Made by a program: the position numbers and the translations under genes
Shown: piece by piece, positions 1 to 14,561 of the stretch
How the letters are laid out: each line of letters opens with the position of its first letter
Position numbering within the stretch: the first letter of the stretch is position 1
Notes under the pieces: generated by a model
Told to the model about the DNA's origin: nothing
What the model saw: only the letters and a program-made list of their open reading frames with translations
Database searches by the model: none
Assembly: GCA_951406725.2 (NCBI GenBank)
Contig: OX597824.1
Span: 46,934,001-46,998,000 of the forward strand
DNA from: Octopus vulgaris
Taxonomy: Eukaryota
DNA: 64,000 nt
Direction of reading: 5' to 3'

Positions 1-182
1 CTAGTATAGTATTTGATTTGTAAGTCGAGCGACTGCATGTATGCCACTGTTCCAATTTTTCTCTCCACTACTACTCCCTATGAGATTTTGTGACTTACTA
101 CAACTTTTTACTACAACTCTTTTACCTCTCTCTTTCTCTAACCTTAACTTGAAGCTACGTCTAGCTCACACTTTTACTCTTT

Positions 183-569
183 TACTTGTTTCAGTCATTT
201 GACTGTGGCCATGCTGGAGCACCACCTTTAGTCGAACAAATCGACCCATGACTTATTATTTGTAAGCCTAGTACTTATTCTATCGGTCTCTTTTGCTGAA
301 CCGCTAAGTTAGGGGACGTAAACACACCAGCATCTGTTGTCAAGCGATGTTGGTGGGGACAAACACAGACACACAAACATATACACGCACATACATATAT
401 ACATATATAGAACGGGCTTCTTTCAGTTTCCATCTACCAAATTCACTCACAAGGCTTTGGTCGGCCCGAGGCTATAGTAGAAGACACTTGCCCAAGGTGC
501 CACGCAGTGGTACTGAACCTGGAACCATATGGTTCATAAGCAAGCTACTTACCACACAGCCACTCCTAC
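183..569 (-). mobile_element. tRNA-derived SINE (family A)
   Basis: Minus-strand head with A/B-box-like motifs (TGGCTGTGTGG...GGTTCAGTACC) and an internal CA/TA tract. Other copies at 28797-29190 (+), 61140-61551 (-), split copy at 20960-23329, and a 3' part at 54560-54790. Confidence 0.8.
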
Positions 570-1087
570 ACTTTAACAGTCTTTCTTCCATACTTTAAGT
601 ATTAAGTTTGTTTCTAAATGAGAGAATCTTGTGATTTTAAATCGCACCTAAAATATGAAATATAGTTTGGCATCATTCTGACAACCTCCTAACAGTGATT
701 TAAAAAGCTGTCTTATAGTTGTTTTTGCCGTATTTAGATTTCTGTTAACGGAACGAAAATATTTTGAAGTCTATATTGAAAACAATTTTGAAAAACAAAG
801 AGAATTAAAATGGCTGTTGTGTGTTCTTAGACGTGCTCTTACACGTTTAATTCTATGAATTCTTATATACTGCGTCGATACGGTCAGAGACACGGAATTA
901 AGTAAACAGTTAACTTTTCCTGTCTATTTTTTTCTCAACAATCCCAGAGACAATGTACGCGTATGATATTATCTCGTTATTTTACAATTACAAGAATGAT
1001 GAAGTGAATTATTCTTTTTTTCGTGAGGTGGGGTGTATTTTATAGCCCCTAAATTCATACGGAATTTGTATACAGCTTATCTTACAG

Positions 1088-1258
1088 AATCTGGTGGTGA
1101 AAGAAAGATCAACATTTTCGCTGTATGCCGCTACAAAGGACGCACTTATGTACTTGGGGAAACGTTCACAGCCGAAGATAAATGTAATGAATGCAGTTGC
1201 AAAAGAAAAGGTGCAGTAATATGTACCAAAAAGCCCGTGTGTTCTCCAACAATAGCAG
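1088..1258 (+). CDS. Exon/module 1: ESGGERKINIFAVCRYKGRTYVLGETFTAEDKCNECSCKRKGAVICTKKPVCSPTIA(G)
   Basis: Acceptor cttacag|, donor G|gtaata, 171 nt, six Cys. Confidence 0.85.
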
Positions 1259-2131
1259 GTAATAACTAAAAGTTATTTATAGAAGACCTTGCACAGAATT
1301 GCGTCTAAAAGTCTTGCCGAACTTTCAATTCCTCTACGAATTATAAAAAGACGAGCTTGGTAACATTAGTAACATGCACTGATACTAATTTTAAAATCAT
1401 CCTCCAATATACTTCTTTCCTTTCTTCGTATTCTAACAAAATTGGTGTTCTATTGTGAAGCATAATTTTCGGATTGGAACAAATATTTTGTTTACAAAAC
1501 AAAATTATTTGAAACATGCGTTGGAAAAAATGAGTTTAAATTCTAAACTCTCGTTCCATTTAGAACAAATGGTGCTTAATAATTTGGGCTATCTTAATCT
1601 ATTATATTCTTGTGATACTAATTTCTTGATTCCCTCGTGTGGTTGCTGTGTGAGTCGTTATGTGGTGTTGCGTAAGTCAGGACTTCAATGGATTCTATTA
1701 CTATAAGTGTCGTGGGCATCACAAAGTATGTCCTCCCTGCAGAAGTTAAATACTAAAATAAACTGTAGCTATAAATAAATGCCAATTTGAATTCTAAGAC
1801 AGGATCTTAGAATGTTGATCTCATATGATCTCGCTCTTTTGTTTGCATTATCTGTTTCAATGACCAACGTTCCGCAGTCATTGATTCATTTCAAAAATTT
1901 ATACTTCACACGTTTCTTTTGTTAGACAAGTCTTGGACTGTGGTAAACATTTCAGTTTTCTTGTCTATAGTTTGATTTGATTTCAAAAATGGCAACACAC
2001 ATGATGTCGTCTCATTTGACATGCTAATATCTTATGAACTAAATTACTGCTTCTTATGGAATGACACTCTATTCAAAATCTTCGTGTAATTCTTGGTTTC
2101 TTTTTTTTTTTTTTTGTATCTTTTCTTTCAG

Positions 2132-2278
2132 AAATTTCAGTAAAATGCCACTACAATGGCAAAACATATACCATTGGAGTTACGTTTAATGCTGCTGACA
2201 AATGCAATAAATGCACTTGCAAGGCAAAAGGAAATGTTGACTGTACCACAAAGATATGCGTTTTCTCAGAAACTCATG
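2132..2278 (+). CDS. Exon/module 2: EISVKCHYNGKTYTIGVTFNAADKCNKCTCKAKGNVDCTTKICVFSETH(G)
   Basis: Polypyrimidine tract plus tttcag|, donor G|gtaaca, 147 nt. Not in the ORF track. A second in-frame AG lies 9 nt downstream (2139-2140). Confidence 0.88.
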
Positions 2279-2576
2279 GTAACATTAAAAATTATTCTTT
2301 TAAACAATTTATAAAAACTTAATCATGGTTTTATAAAAAAAAAATGAAATATTTACGATTAAGGAAATTTGACGCCAGTCGGTTAGTAATACGTCTTGTT
2401 ATAACTAACCTTTATAAATAAATGGCAATTGGAACTGTAAAAAAGACGTCTTTCAATGTTGATCTAATGAATTTTGATCTTGTTTTACTTCAGTTATCTA
2501 TTTCAATGAATAACTTTATAGGGTATTTTCATACAGCTAACATTCCTCTCGTCAATTCATCATACCATGTTTTTAG

Positions 2577-2729
2577 GCGATTTTGAGTGACAGAACCAAT
2601 CTATATAATGGAAAATGTATGTCATTGGAGAGACCTTTGTAGCTAATGATAAATGTAATCAGTGCAGCTGTAAACCTAAAGGGAGCGTACTGTGTTCCAA
2701 AAAGATATGTGTATCTGAAGGAAATGAAG
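2577..2729 (+). pseudogene. Decayed module exon (pseudo-exon 3): ...YVIGETFVANDKCNQCSCKPKGSVLCSKKICVSEGNE
   Basis: Homologous to the other exons, but Cys1 is lost, there is a 1-nt frameshift near 2612 (TAA at 2606-2608 in the module frame), and the donor reads G|atgata instead of G|gtaata. Start approximate. Confidence 0.8.
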
Positions 2730-3463
2730 ATGATACTAAAAGTTAGCATTATAGCAGATTATAGTGTCCATCACATGTTAAGTCAGTCGAAATTTTATAA
2801 AATCCAACAGGATCCTTGAAAATTCCACGATTATTAATAAAGTAGGAGCTCCGTTTCCCCTAAGTGCAACAGCAATTTCATTACTCGTTGGAAGATGTCA
2901 AGATGCCCAGACTTTAACCGAAATGATGTACTATTCTATGACAAGGAATTTTGACTCCAACGGCAGATTCTTCTAGCTCCAGTGAATGAATGCATATTTT
3001 CATATAAAACTGAAAATATGGATTATACCAAGGAATACCGTTTTTAATATTCATTACGTTTGCTAAACACTGAGCAGTTTGAAGAGCTCCCGTTCAGTTT
3101 TGCAGTATTTTGTCAATATCTATTCTACATAACTGACAAGTAGATCTATACGACAGAAATCTTTAAATGTGGAATCTAATTCTAGTTCAGTATTACCTAT
3201 TTCAATCCATATTAAGTTTATTGTCGGTGACTTTTCTTACGACTATCGCATTTCTGTCTGATTTATATATCTTCATCACACGTCAATTTTGTTCGATGTC
3301 ACAGAATTGATTTAAACAACTGAATTTTTCTGTTTGTCTTTTATGATCGCATATATTTTATCATTAGTCAAACAAATGTATGATGAAGTAAACAAAAATT
3401 TCTTTTGAGGGCAGTGACTCTGTATTTAAAAGCTTTTTAAATTTGTGTTTTCTTTCTCCTTAG

Positions 3464-3610
3464 AGATATCAGTAAAATGCAAGTACGGAATTAAAATATA
3501 TATCGTTGGAGAGACGTTCCCAGCTGCTGATAACTGCAATAAATGCAGTTGCAAACCCAAAGGAATTGTAGAATGTACGAAAAGAATATGCCTTTCCTCA
3601 GGAAGTCAAG
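3464..3610 (+). CDS. Exon/module 4: EISVKCKYGIKIYIVGETFPAADNCNKCSCKPKGIVECTKRICLSSGSQ(G)
   Basis: ctccttag| acceptor, G|gtaata donor, 147 nt. Confidence 0.88.
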
Positions 3611-4515
3611 GTAATAATAGAATGTTTCGGCGCTTGAACGCTTTGGTGCTGAGAATATTTAGCTTTCTCCAAAAGCTGATCTTTATTTCTAGTCTCATGA
3701 CTTTAAATGCCTGATAAATAATATGCCCCATCTTAGCTAATACAGGTCACCTAAAGATAGGAATGATGATTTGTCTGTTTTAGTTTTCCCTCCTCGAGAC
3801 AAAACGAAAGATCTATAGTTAATATGAACTTCCGACCAATGAGTACGTAATTGAGTCTCTTGTTAACTCAAATGTTTCAGCTTAAACACCTTTTGTTGGT
3901 GGAATAAATTCAAAATAAGCTATTGTCTAAAACTATCGTAATGAATGAATCAATTTCGAAATATAGTTGAAGATATAAAGGCTATGAAATTATTTCTTGT
4001 AGATTAAACACACACACGCGCGCGCACGCACGCACACACACACAAAGCAATAAGAAACACTGAAAATGAAATTAGTCGAGGATGAAAGTCAATCGGCTTA
4101 TAGAAACACACATATATTATAAAAAGCTTTAAAATACCATTTACGTTTCTCTGCAGCTTTTATTACTATATTACGTAGATCGAACTCTGTGTACCTGCCT
4201 GTCTCGCGATATGATCATTGGTTTCACACCACGTAAAGTATTGGAATGGAGTGTGGAACAGATTACTGAGTCCCCAAATTAACTGATAAGGTGTCGTAAA
4301 TTCCAGTGCGCTTAACATGTACGTTTTGTGTGCGTGTGGGTGCGTGTGCGTGTGCGTGTGCGTGCGTGCGTGCGTGTGTGTGTTAACCTTGACAAGTATT
4401 TTCAATGAACAAACTTCAAAAGAAGTTTGTACTTTCTCTTTTTTTATTGCCTGGCTAAATACTTCATGACCGGTGTTCCTATTCGTATGGAATTCATATA
4501 AGACTTTTATTTCAG

Positions 4516-4683
4516 AAACTACCACACACAAGATCGACATTTTCGCGGTATGCCACTACTACGGACATATATATTTATTTGGACAGTCGTTCAAATCTGT
4601 AGATAGATGTAATCAATGCACTTGCCAGCGTAAAGGCAATACAGTATGCACCAAAAAAAAATGCCTTCCAATGAATACACAAG
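4516..4683 (+). CDS. Exon/module 5: ETTTHKIDIFAVCHYYGHIYLFGQSFKSVDRCNQCTCQRKGNTVCTKKKCLPMNTQ(G)
   Basis: atttcag| acceptor, G|gtaatt donor, 168 nt. Confidence 0.88.
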
Positions 4684-4922
4684 GTAATTCATAAAAGATA
4701 TATTAGAAAAACGATGGACTGAACTGAATGTTAATCTTGACTACTTTTGTTCAATATAGAATATAATAATACTGAAGTAATAATGTACCCTCATAGTAGT
4801 AGAACACCAACATACAGATTGTAAAATTGTTCTGCTTCGCATTTTTTGTTTTTCAGTTTATTTGTCTGTTTGTTGTTGATTTTTTTTAAGTATTCAGCAA
4901 TATAGATTTTATTAAATTATTA

Positions 4923-4979
<57 letters not shown>

Positions 4980-4981
<2 letters not shown>

Positions 4982-5670
4982 TAGTCTTGTTTTTATTACG
5001 TGCTTTCACTGCACTGCCGAGTGCAGCTCTGTGTGCGTTAGATATGTACTGTGGTTTGTTGTGGTGCTCTTATTTTTACTGTACTGAAAGTGCTTTACGT
5101 AAGGTGTGTGCGGTGGCTGCCTAGTAGTGCTATTTTCTTTACATTATAAACATTCGTAAGACCTGGTGTTTTGGTTATGTATTCGTCTGAATGTTTTTTA
5201 ATCATACCTAATGTACCTATTATTATAGGGATTGTTTCTGTTTTTAGACTCCACATTCGCGTTACCTCTGTTTCCAGACCTTTGTATTTTGGGAATTTCT
5301 CAGTTTCTTTTAGAGATACATTATCACATGTTGATATTGATACATCAATTAAAAGGCATTTTATTATTATTTTTGTGTATGTGTGTGTGATCCCTGATAA
5401 CTATATCTGGTCTATTATCCTTGATTTCTCTATCTCTATGTATTGGCATACTCCAATGTATGGTTGCTTTGTCATTTTCTTAAACGTTTTTCTGAGGTGT
5501 GCCTATACCATCTTTTTTCTATTGCCGTTCCATAACGTTGGCATAGCTTCCAGCGTATACAGGTCCCAACTCTGTCATGTCTGTGGATATATTCCTTCCT
5601 TCTTAGCCAGAACTGGGCAGCTAGAGACATATTCTGACTTGTATTTTTATTCATTATGTGCTTCTACTGA
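4980..5670 (-). mobile_element. 5'-truncated R4/Dong-like non-LTR retrotransposon (REL endonuclease end)
   Basis: Minus strand reads EKFPKYKGLETEVTRMWSLKTETIPIIIGTLG. Flanked on both sides by (TAA)n. Confidence 0.75.
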
Positions 5671-5709
5671 TTTATTATTATTATTTTTATTATTATTATT
5701 ATTATTATG

Positions 5710-5801
<92 letters not shown>

Positions 5802-5839
5802 CATTATTATTATTATTACTGTTGTTGTTGTTGTTGTTA

Positions 5840-7690
5840 TTTATTGCGTGACGCAGTATCTAATATCGTGATGTTGTTGATTGAAGATATTGTGTCTACC
5901 GGGGGTTGTGTACCGTCTGTTAAATCACAACAAGGACCTCAGACAGACAGTATTTTACGCAATATGCGTGCAGTTCCAAGTAGTGCCGATTTTTGCAATA
6001 CACCTAGATTGTATGGTATTTCTAAAATTTCTAGATGTTTTTTTCAGGTTGGGTGATATTGAACCCAATGTTCCGATGACAACAGGGACAACCTTTATGT
6101 TTGACTCTCGTAGCTGTCACATCTAGGCGATCTCAATTCTTAGATCTTCATATTCATCAGACTTTTCTCTTTCGTTCATCATATGTTGATCTCCTGGCAC
6201 TGCCACGTCGATTATTAGGTACTTTTGTTTGTCCCTCCTAAAGGTTACTATATCTGGCCTACGGTGCTCTAACACCTTGTCTGTTTGGAAGTCAAAGTCC
6301 CAGAGGATTTTTGCCTTCCAATATTCGTCCATTACCTTTTCTGGCGTATGGTGGTACCAAGCACCTGTTACCTCGTATTCATACTTCCAGCATAGTAGCC
6401 AGAGAAAGTTTTGGGCTACCTTGTCGTGTCTGCGTTTGTACTATTTCTGCGCAAAACTTTCACAAACACTAACAATGTGAGTCACGTTTTCGACCCTCTT
6501 CCCACACACTCTGCAGAGGTTCGTTCTGCTCGTGTGATACATATCCCTTTTCACTGAATTGGTATTCAATGCCTGATCCTGGGCAGCGATGATTAAGCTT
6601 TCAGTCTCCTTTTTTAAGTCACCCTTGCTGATCCTCCTCCATAATGCTTCTTGGTCTTTTAATTGTTAGTTTCACGGTGAAACTGACCATGTAATTCCAT
6701 ACGGAGTAAGTTTTCTTCTCTCTCGTTGGCTATTCGTGATCGGAAATTCATAAGCACTCTCAAATCAGTTTTTGGTAAATCCCTCTGCATTAGTAACATA
6801 CTGTAGCGGTTATTGTTTGCTGTTTACCAAATATTCTGCCATGTTTCTTCTTTCACTGTTGATGCACTCCCGTATGCTAATCAGCTCACGTCCACCTTTA
6901 CACCTCTTTATGTCAAGTCTGTGTACGTCCGCCTTAGTAGTTCGACCGAGTTGGTTAATCTCCATTTGTGTCAATTCTAGGATGGGTGCACTCTAGTGGA
7001 TTACAGCAACAGCCCATATGTTGGTGGCTATCACAAGTTTCCTTAAGCTGAACTTTGATTTGAAGAGAAATCTGGGGCGCTTCAAATATGCCGTGATGAC
7101 CTTGTCTTTCATTTCTCTGTGCAAGATATTGTCCAGCTCCAAGATCCCAAGATACTCGTACCCATCATCACCATCCGGGTCTTCCATTCTATCTCCGTTC
7201 TCCGTTTGGCAATTCTATGCTCGTACAATCTGCTCTTTTCCCCCGTTTCAAAGTGAGAAACGCACACTTCGAGATACCGAATTTCATTCCTATATATTTG
7301 CTGCACATCTGTACAGTCTCAACCAGCCTCTCCATTTAAGGCTATGTTTTTGCGAACAGTCTTAAGTCATCCACGAAGAGAAGGTAATTGAGACGAAGTC
7401 AGTTCTTTCTCAGCGCATAGTGCGCATTGACTTTGCGTAGAGCTACAGAAAGTGGGATCAAGGTTATAACAGATAACAAAGGGGAACAATAGTCTCTCTG
7501 GAAGACACCTCTTTTGATTGTTACCTTCGATAAGTTCTGGCTTTTATATAAATGACGTGTTTTCCAACTAGGCATGCTGTTCTTAATTAGTGCACACACA
7601 TTCAGCTATTCCACACATGTCGAGTGTTTCCAAAATCCCTGAATGTTGTCGTAAGACTTTTTAAAGTCTATCCAGGGCATGCACAATTTT
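5840..7690 (-). mobile_element. Truncated R4/Dong-like LINE (RT C-terminus, Zn knuckle, REL)
   Basis: RGVFQRDYCSPLL, YEYLGILE, WDFDFQTDKVLEHRRPDIV...IIDVAVPGD; several frameshifts. Confidence 0.85.
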
Positions 7691-7695
7691 TATGG

Positions 7696-7727
<32 letters not shown>

Positions 7728-7731
7728 TTAT

Positions 7732-8020
<289 letters not shown>

Positions 8021-8044
8021 TATTATTGTTATTATTATCCATAT

Positions 8045-11000
8045 ACAGATTAGACTGTTGGAAAAGAAAAATTCTTAACATCGGGCTACAACAAATAACC
8101 TTAGATGCCAAGAAACCTCCTAAGTATCCTAGCTGTCCCTAATAATACTATTCTCTGTAGCTCTCCTAAACTGGCTTTTATGCCTGTTTTCTCTATCCAT
8201 CTGTTCAAATCTTTAAGCATAGTTCCTAATGCACCTATAGCTACCGGGATACATTTTACTTGCACTTTCCATAGTCTCTGTAACTCAATGGTTAGGTACC
8301 TTACATATTGACTTCCTCATCATTTGGGACTGTAAAGTCAATTATCTGGCACTTTCTATTCTCTTTGTTTACTACTACTAAATCAGGCCTTCTAGCTTCT
8401 ATTATTCTGCCACTCTGAATATTGAAGTCCTACAACATCTTATATTTCTTACTTTCTAGCACTTTAGTAGGTTCATGTTCATACCATTTTTCAGTATGTT
8501 CAAATCGTAACTTTCTGCATATCTCCCAGTGAATTACTCTCCTTAAGTTGTCATGTCTTTTCTTGTATTATTTCTGTGCCAGCATACTACATTTACTTAC
8601 ATTATGAGTAACGATTTCCTCTTTTGAATTGCATAACCTACAATGGAAATCTTCTTGGCTTTAGTATATCTTGGCTCTTATCCAATTACCCTTAATACTT
8701 GATCTTATACAGCTACTAACAAAACTTCTGTCTCCCTTTTCAGCTTTCTTTTCTGAAACCAGAGTCATGTCTCACTACTACTATTTGCTGCAACTATCTT
8801 TGGCGCATGGCTCAGTGGTTAGAGCGTCGAGCTTACGATCGTGAGGTTGTGAGCTCGAATCCCGGACCGGGCTGCGTGTTGTGTTCTCGAGCAAGGCACT
8901 TTATTTCACGTTGCTCCAGTTCACTCAGCTGTAGAAATGAGTTGCGACGTCACTGGTGGCAAGCTGTATCGACCTTTGTCTTTCCCTTGGATAACACTGG
9001 TGGCGTGGAGAGGGGAGGCCGGTATGCATGGGCGACTGCTGGCCTTCCATAAACAACCTTGCCCGGACTTGTATCTAGGAAGGTAACTTTCTAGGTGCAA
9101 TCCCATGGTCATTCATGACCGAAGGGGGTCTTTATCTTTGGGAATCTACCATACAACACTTCCTGCCAGTCAGATAATTTCTGTTCGTTTTTCTGGTTTT
9201 TAACTTCGTTTAGCTTTTGGTCTCCCTTTGTCTTGCTGTGACTCTATCAGCTCCTTGTAGACTTTTTTCACTATTACCAACATAGGAATCTTATATCTCC
9301 TCTAGTTAACGTAGCCTTCTACTGATATTAACCCTCTTTCACCTTCCTTTCTAGGCAAATATAATCTTGCTACTTCTGCCCTTGGGTGGAGTCTTCCATT
9401 CATATTAAATTCCTTCCTAGTTATTCTGTCTAGCTTTGCTAATTCAGTTTTTGTCCAATCTACAAAAGCTGCTGAGTATCTAAGTAATGATACTATCCAA
9501 GTATTTACAGCTTCCACTAGATTCGGACCATTTATCTTTGACTTCATTAGCTTTCTCGCCCTTCTGATGTATTCCTCAATTTTCGTTTTTATTTCTATAT
9601 AGAATCTAATACTCCTAGGTACTTATAGCTCTCTCCTTTTCTCAATGATTTTAATGTCTGGCCATCTGGTAATTGGATGCCTTTACTGTTGACTACTTGT
9701 CACCTTTTTATAACTAACATTGCACACTCATCTATGCCGAATTCCATGCCTATATCTTTGCTGAAGTGTCTTACAGTCTGTATTAAGGAATCTATTTTTC
9801 ATTTTTCCTTAAAAAAGCTTCGGATCATCCACATAGAGGAAATTATTCATTTTTCTTTTACTATTTCTGAATAGGCCTTCTTATATTCTATCCATGCTAT
9901 TGTTAGATTTTTTCTTTCTAGATTTTTCTTCATTTAGATCTGCTTTATCTGTGTATAATAAATCATGCATTCCCCTAGCCTTCTTCTGTTCTTCTGACAG
10001 TAAATTCTGGTTGTCAAGGTGCTATAAAATGCTTTCTGAAAGCATTCCTGTTAACAGCTTCCACACTAATGGTAAGTGATTGATCTATAATTGTTAGCTG
10101 TATTACTCTTCTTTTTATCTTTCATAAGGAGTATTGTTCTCCTTGTAGTCATCCAATCTGGTATTATTTCTCCATTAAGGCAATCCTGAAGTTGTTCTCT
10201 GATCCTCCCATATAAACTACTAAATTTCTTTAACCAGTACCCTTGAACTAAATCCAGTCCTGGGTCCTCCAATTCGTCATTTTCCCTAACACTTTACTCA
10301 TTAATGCACTTGTTAATCTTAGATCTAGCTGCTTCTTACCCCCTTCTTCTTCCCTCACTTTAACCATGCTGCATCTCCATTATGATTGGCTGGCTTATTC
10401 CAAATATTATCTCAGAACTTTCTAGCTTCTACTTTAGGTTTCTCATCTTCAGTACTTTTTTCTCCACTATTTATTTGTTTATAAAATCTCCTCTAGTCAG
10501 TCTCAAATAATCTATTCTGTTGATACTGATCTATTCTTTTCTGATATCTGGAAAACTTACCTGCTACTGATATGATACGCTGTTCCAATCTTTTATGACG
10601 GTCCCAAATCCTTTCTCTTTGTCTAAGTATCTTTTTTCAAGAGAAGATTCAAATCTCGTGTTTCCTAACTTGTTCAGTTTCCAGGTTTCTATTCTACTCT
10701 TAAAATCTTCATTTTATTTTGTAGTTTCCTTTTCCACATTTGCTCTTTTCTGATCTTTCCTTGTGGAATATCTAATCTTCTAGTAACAACTACTCCTCCT
10801 GCATAGATCATAAGTAAGTATCACCTATATTTTTAGTATCTATCCTACCGATAACAGAATCTACTTTCCTTGTCATTTCTAGCAGCTTCCTTCTGTTGAT
10901 AATTTTTAATGCTGGCAATCTTTTCCTTACTTCTTTAGTCATTACTTCTTGCAACTCATCCAAAATCTTCTGAGCTTTCTCACATAAATCACTTAAATCG

Positions 11001-11420
11001 CTAGTGCCAGTTGTCCCTTCCTTATTCTTAGTGCTATTATTTTTTCCTATAGGTTCCTCTTTGGTTTGAGTTGTATCTCTTATGTTGTTATTTGTCTTTC
11101 CTACTGCCTGTTTTTTCTTCTCCAGTTCTTTGTGATCTCTTCCACCTCCAATTCTGTCATTCGCTTTCTTCTCCTAAAAGCATTAGCTTGATCTACTAGT
11201 CCCTGCTCAGTCACTTTAAACAGACCTTTCTAAGTAGCACTGCATCACTATCCTATTTTATTTGCTGGTTTACTTCCTCCTCCTTACTCTATTATCTGTT
11301 GATACTGTATTAGGATAACAGCTGTGGTCAGTCTGCATCTTTACTGAGGTCCAACATCATTTTCACTGTTATACCAGAGTTTCTACGCAAACTCTTGTCT
11401 CTCATAAACTGAGGTAAGGT
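8045..11420 (-). mobile_element. Near full-length degenerate R4/Dong-like LINE
   Basis: PGLDLVQGYWLKK...NYRSIT, AVNTWIVSLLRYSAA...RLYLPRKEGERGL, and C-terminal LQRLWKVQVKCIPVAIGALG...LGTARILRRFLGI*. Interrupted by a SINE. Confidence 0.85.
8802..9139 (+). mobile_element. tRNA-derived SINE (family B) inserted in the LINE
   Basis: GGCGCATGGCTCAGTGGTTAGAGCG...CTCGAATCCC head; TATCTTT on both sides. A very similar copy lies at 25845-26168. Confidence 0.85.
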
Positions 11421-12118
11421 AACATTCGTCACCATCGTCACCACCACTATTATTTTCGACAGCTAATAGTTTCAAGTAACTTTTTATTGCATCACTTGCT
11501 GCACACTTGTGCTGGTGAGGTGTGTCCTTCCTTTTTCTCCCTTGTAGAATATTGTATTGCATCAGAATTTTACGTTATGGGCTTTGGTTTGAGTTTTCTG
11601 TTGTATTAGTTTTTGTATTGCGCTGTTTGTGCAGTGCAGGTTGTGCAGTGCAGGATGTGTTCTTCTGTTGGGTATCGGACATCTATGGCACATGTTGTGT
11701 GCTTTGTTCGTTTTATTGGATATTTACTGTATGAGTTTATTCCTGTATGTTTTCGGAGGAGTGTTGCATATGCTGTAAATCATAAACCAACCATTTCATA
11801 GTATTCATAGTTATCTGTCCATCGTTCCTTTTTGGTTGGTTTTGTTATGGTCCGTCTCTACGGCGTTTACTTTTTCACAGATCATCGCCCATGGACATGT
11901 GCTGATGTTTTTTTTTTTTGTATTTATCATATAAATTGATGTATAAGCGAGAGACCGAAAAGAAACAGCAACGTGCATATAGAGAGAGGACTTGTATAGA
12001 TATGGATGCATATGTGATAAAAATTCATCCACAGGTTTGCAATTTTTGTATAGATGTATTGCGTTCCATGTGTTTACATTTTCACGCACGTGTTGCTGTA
12101 GCGGCACATGTGAGGGAA

Positions 12119-12187
<69 letters not shown>

Positions 12188-12189
12188 TG

Positions 12190-13025
12190 ATGAAAACTCA
12201 CAGCTCATTTTGTTGGGTATGAGGGAAAGTGTCAGCTGCCCTCAACAATCAGACTAAGGTGACACTTGTTTACTGATCATGCTTCAAGAATCCTGCGAAG
12301 AATTCTTGTAGTTCCAAGCAGTGTTGATTTTTGTAGATGTATTACCTTCACACTTGCACCAATCTTTTTGAGCCATGTTGGTAGTTGAGTGCTGATACTT
12401 CCAAGTACGCCAATTATTATTGGAATCACGTCTACTCTCGTCATTGACCACAATCTTCGTAATTCCCACTTCAAATCGTCATAGTTGTTTATTTTTGTAT
12501 TATTTCTCTTTGATCGTATTGTCACCGGGACACGCTATGCTGATTATCATGCATGTTCTTTCTTTTTTGTTCACCACAATAATGTCCAGTTTCCGATATC
12601 TGGTCATGTGATGGTACTGGATCATTGCATTCCGCAGGATTTTACAATTCTTGTTCTCGGTGACTCCTTCTGGGGTTTTCTCATACCACGTCTTTGCTCT
12701 TTGTAGGCTGTGATTTCCACAGAGCTCCCCACACATTGTCATGGTGTCTTTTGTAGTCACGTTGTGCCAATTTTGGGCATTCGCTAACGATGTTCCATAC
12801 CGTTTCACCCCTCTTATCACACACTCTGCATCAATCGCTGTCGGTAGTGTTATCTATTCTGCACTTCACATTGTCGGTCCTTAACGCTTGTTCTTGAGCC
12901 GCGCATATAAGTGCTTCTGTCTCTATTTTCAGGCAACTCCTCCTCATCCATAGCCACCAATCTTCTGCATCTGCCTTGGCATGCGTATCTCTTGCAAACT
13001 CTTCGTACATTGTTCCTTCCATGCT
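12190..13025 (-). mobile_element. 5'-truncated R4/Dong-like LINE (Zn knuckle plus REL)
   Basis: LKIETEALICAAQEQALRT and YDDLKWELRRLWSMTRVDVIPIIIGVLG...LLGTTRILRRILEA. (TAA)n on both sides. Confidence 0.85.
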
Positions 13026-13047
13026 TATTATTATTATTATTATTATT

Positions 13048-13101
<54 letters not shown>

Positions 13102-13293
13102 GCGGTAAGTTGACAGAATCGTTAGCACGCCGGGCAAAATGCTTAGCGGCATTTGTCCAAGTTCGAATTCCGCCGAGGTAGACGTTGCCTTTCATCCTTT
13201 ATGGGTCGATAAAATAAGTACCAGTTGATCACTGGGGTCAATGTAATCGACCCCTTCACCCGAACTTACTGGCCTTGTGCCAAAATTTGAAAC

Positions 13294-13326
<33 letters not shown>

Positions 13327-13354
13327 CATCATCATATCATCATCATCATCATCA

Positions 13355-13413
<59 letters not shown>

Positions 13414-14239
13414 GTGATTAAGGCGGTGAGGTGGCATACTCGTTAGCACCCTGGAGGGAATGCTTAGCGGTAATTTGCTCGTCGCTACATTCTGAGTTCA
13501 AATTCCGCCGAGTTCGACTTTGCCTATCATCCCTTCGGGGTCGATAAATTAAGTACCAGTTACGCACTAGAGTCGATGAAATCGATTAGCCCTTTCCCCC
13601 AAAATTCCAAGCCTAATTGTTGTTGTACTTACAAGGAAAGCCTATCTGTTTGCAACTCGGGAGTATTGCTAAATTTCATTGTTTTATAAAAACATCATTT
13701 GTATTTCTGATGTGTCATCTTGTTAATAGGCCGGTTAGGACTCGCATATACTAGTTGGGATATGACATATTCGCGCCTCAGGGGTTCGATTATGAGGAAT
13801 TTTAAATTGTTAAATGCCATATCTTTGTGACAAAGGATAATATGGTTTCCCAAATTGTCGGGCGAGATGGCTCTTGGAACAGTCATTATAAATTTAGCTT
13901 CTGTGCACTACCTACTATAATTGGGGAAAATGTTTAGTTAATTAAAGCGGTTGCAGCTGCAATAACAAGCAAGGTAAAGAGAACAATGATACAATTCGAC
14001 TTTCACCACCAGCACAAACATTATCAACAGGAAAACAGCAACCGAGAAAAATGAAAACGGCTTCGTATATGCATGCCACAAACTAGAGTCAGTAAAAATT
14101 ACGGAAAAGGCATTAAGAGATGAAGAAATGCATCTCACTAAGCATAGCAGAATCATTTGTTCCCACACGCCGCGAAAAATACAAGATGGTGATAGGAGTA
14201 AAGATCGAACAAGAAAGTCTGTGGGCTTGCAGTTCGACA

Positions 14240-14520
14240 CCTGGAGGGTAGGTCCATGCCGTCTAATTGTATCGTGAGACGCTGGACAGGCGAGCCGGTT
14301 AAATTACTCGGGGTCTGGTTTGCTCCAGATCTGGAAGTGGAGAACTGAGACGAAGTGACAAACAGAGTGGTCATTCTCACTAGAAATGGCCCAAGAGAAA
14401 GCTATCCCTGAAAGGTCGAGCAGAGATGGTAATTACATACATCACCTGTCATATATTATCGTTTGACTGTCATGCTTTGCTCCAGTTTACGTCTCACTGG
14501 GCTGGAACGCCTATATTGTC
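14240..14520 (+). mobile_element. L1/Tx1-like RT fragment
   Basis: Reads PVKLLGVWFAPDLEVEN*DEVTNRVV...KRKLSLKGRAEMV, resembling the L1-clade post-RT motif. Confidence 0.55.
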
Positions 14521-14561
14521 TTTAGTTTCATACAGAATTTCGGTATATTTTTTCTTTCCAG

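Noticed and set aside
8802-8870. tRNA gene
   Set aside because: The tRNA-like head continues into a SINE body that is repeated elsewhere in the window.
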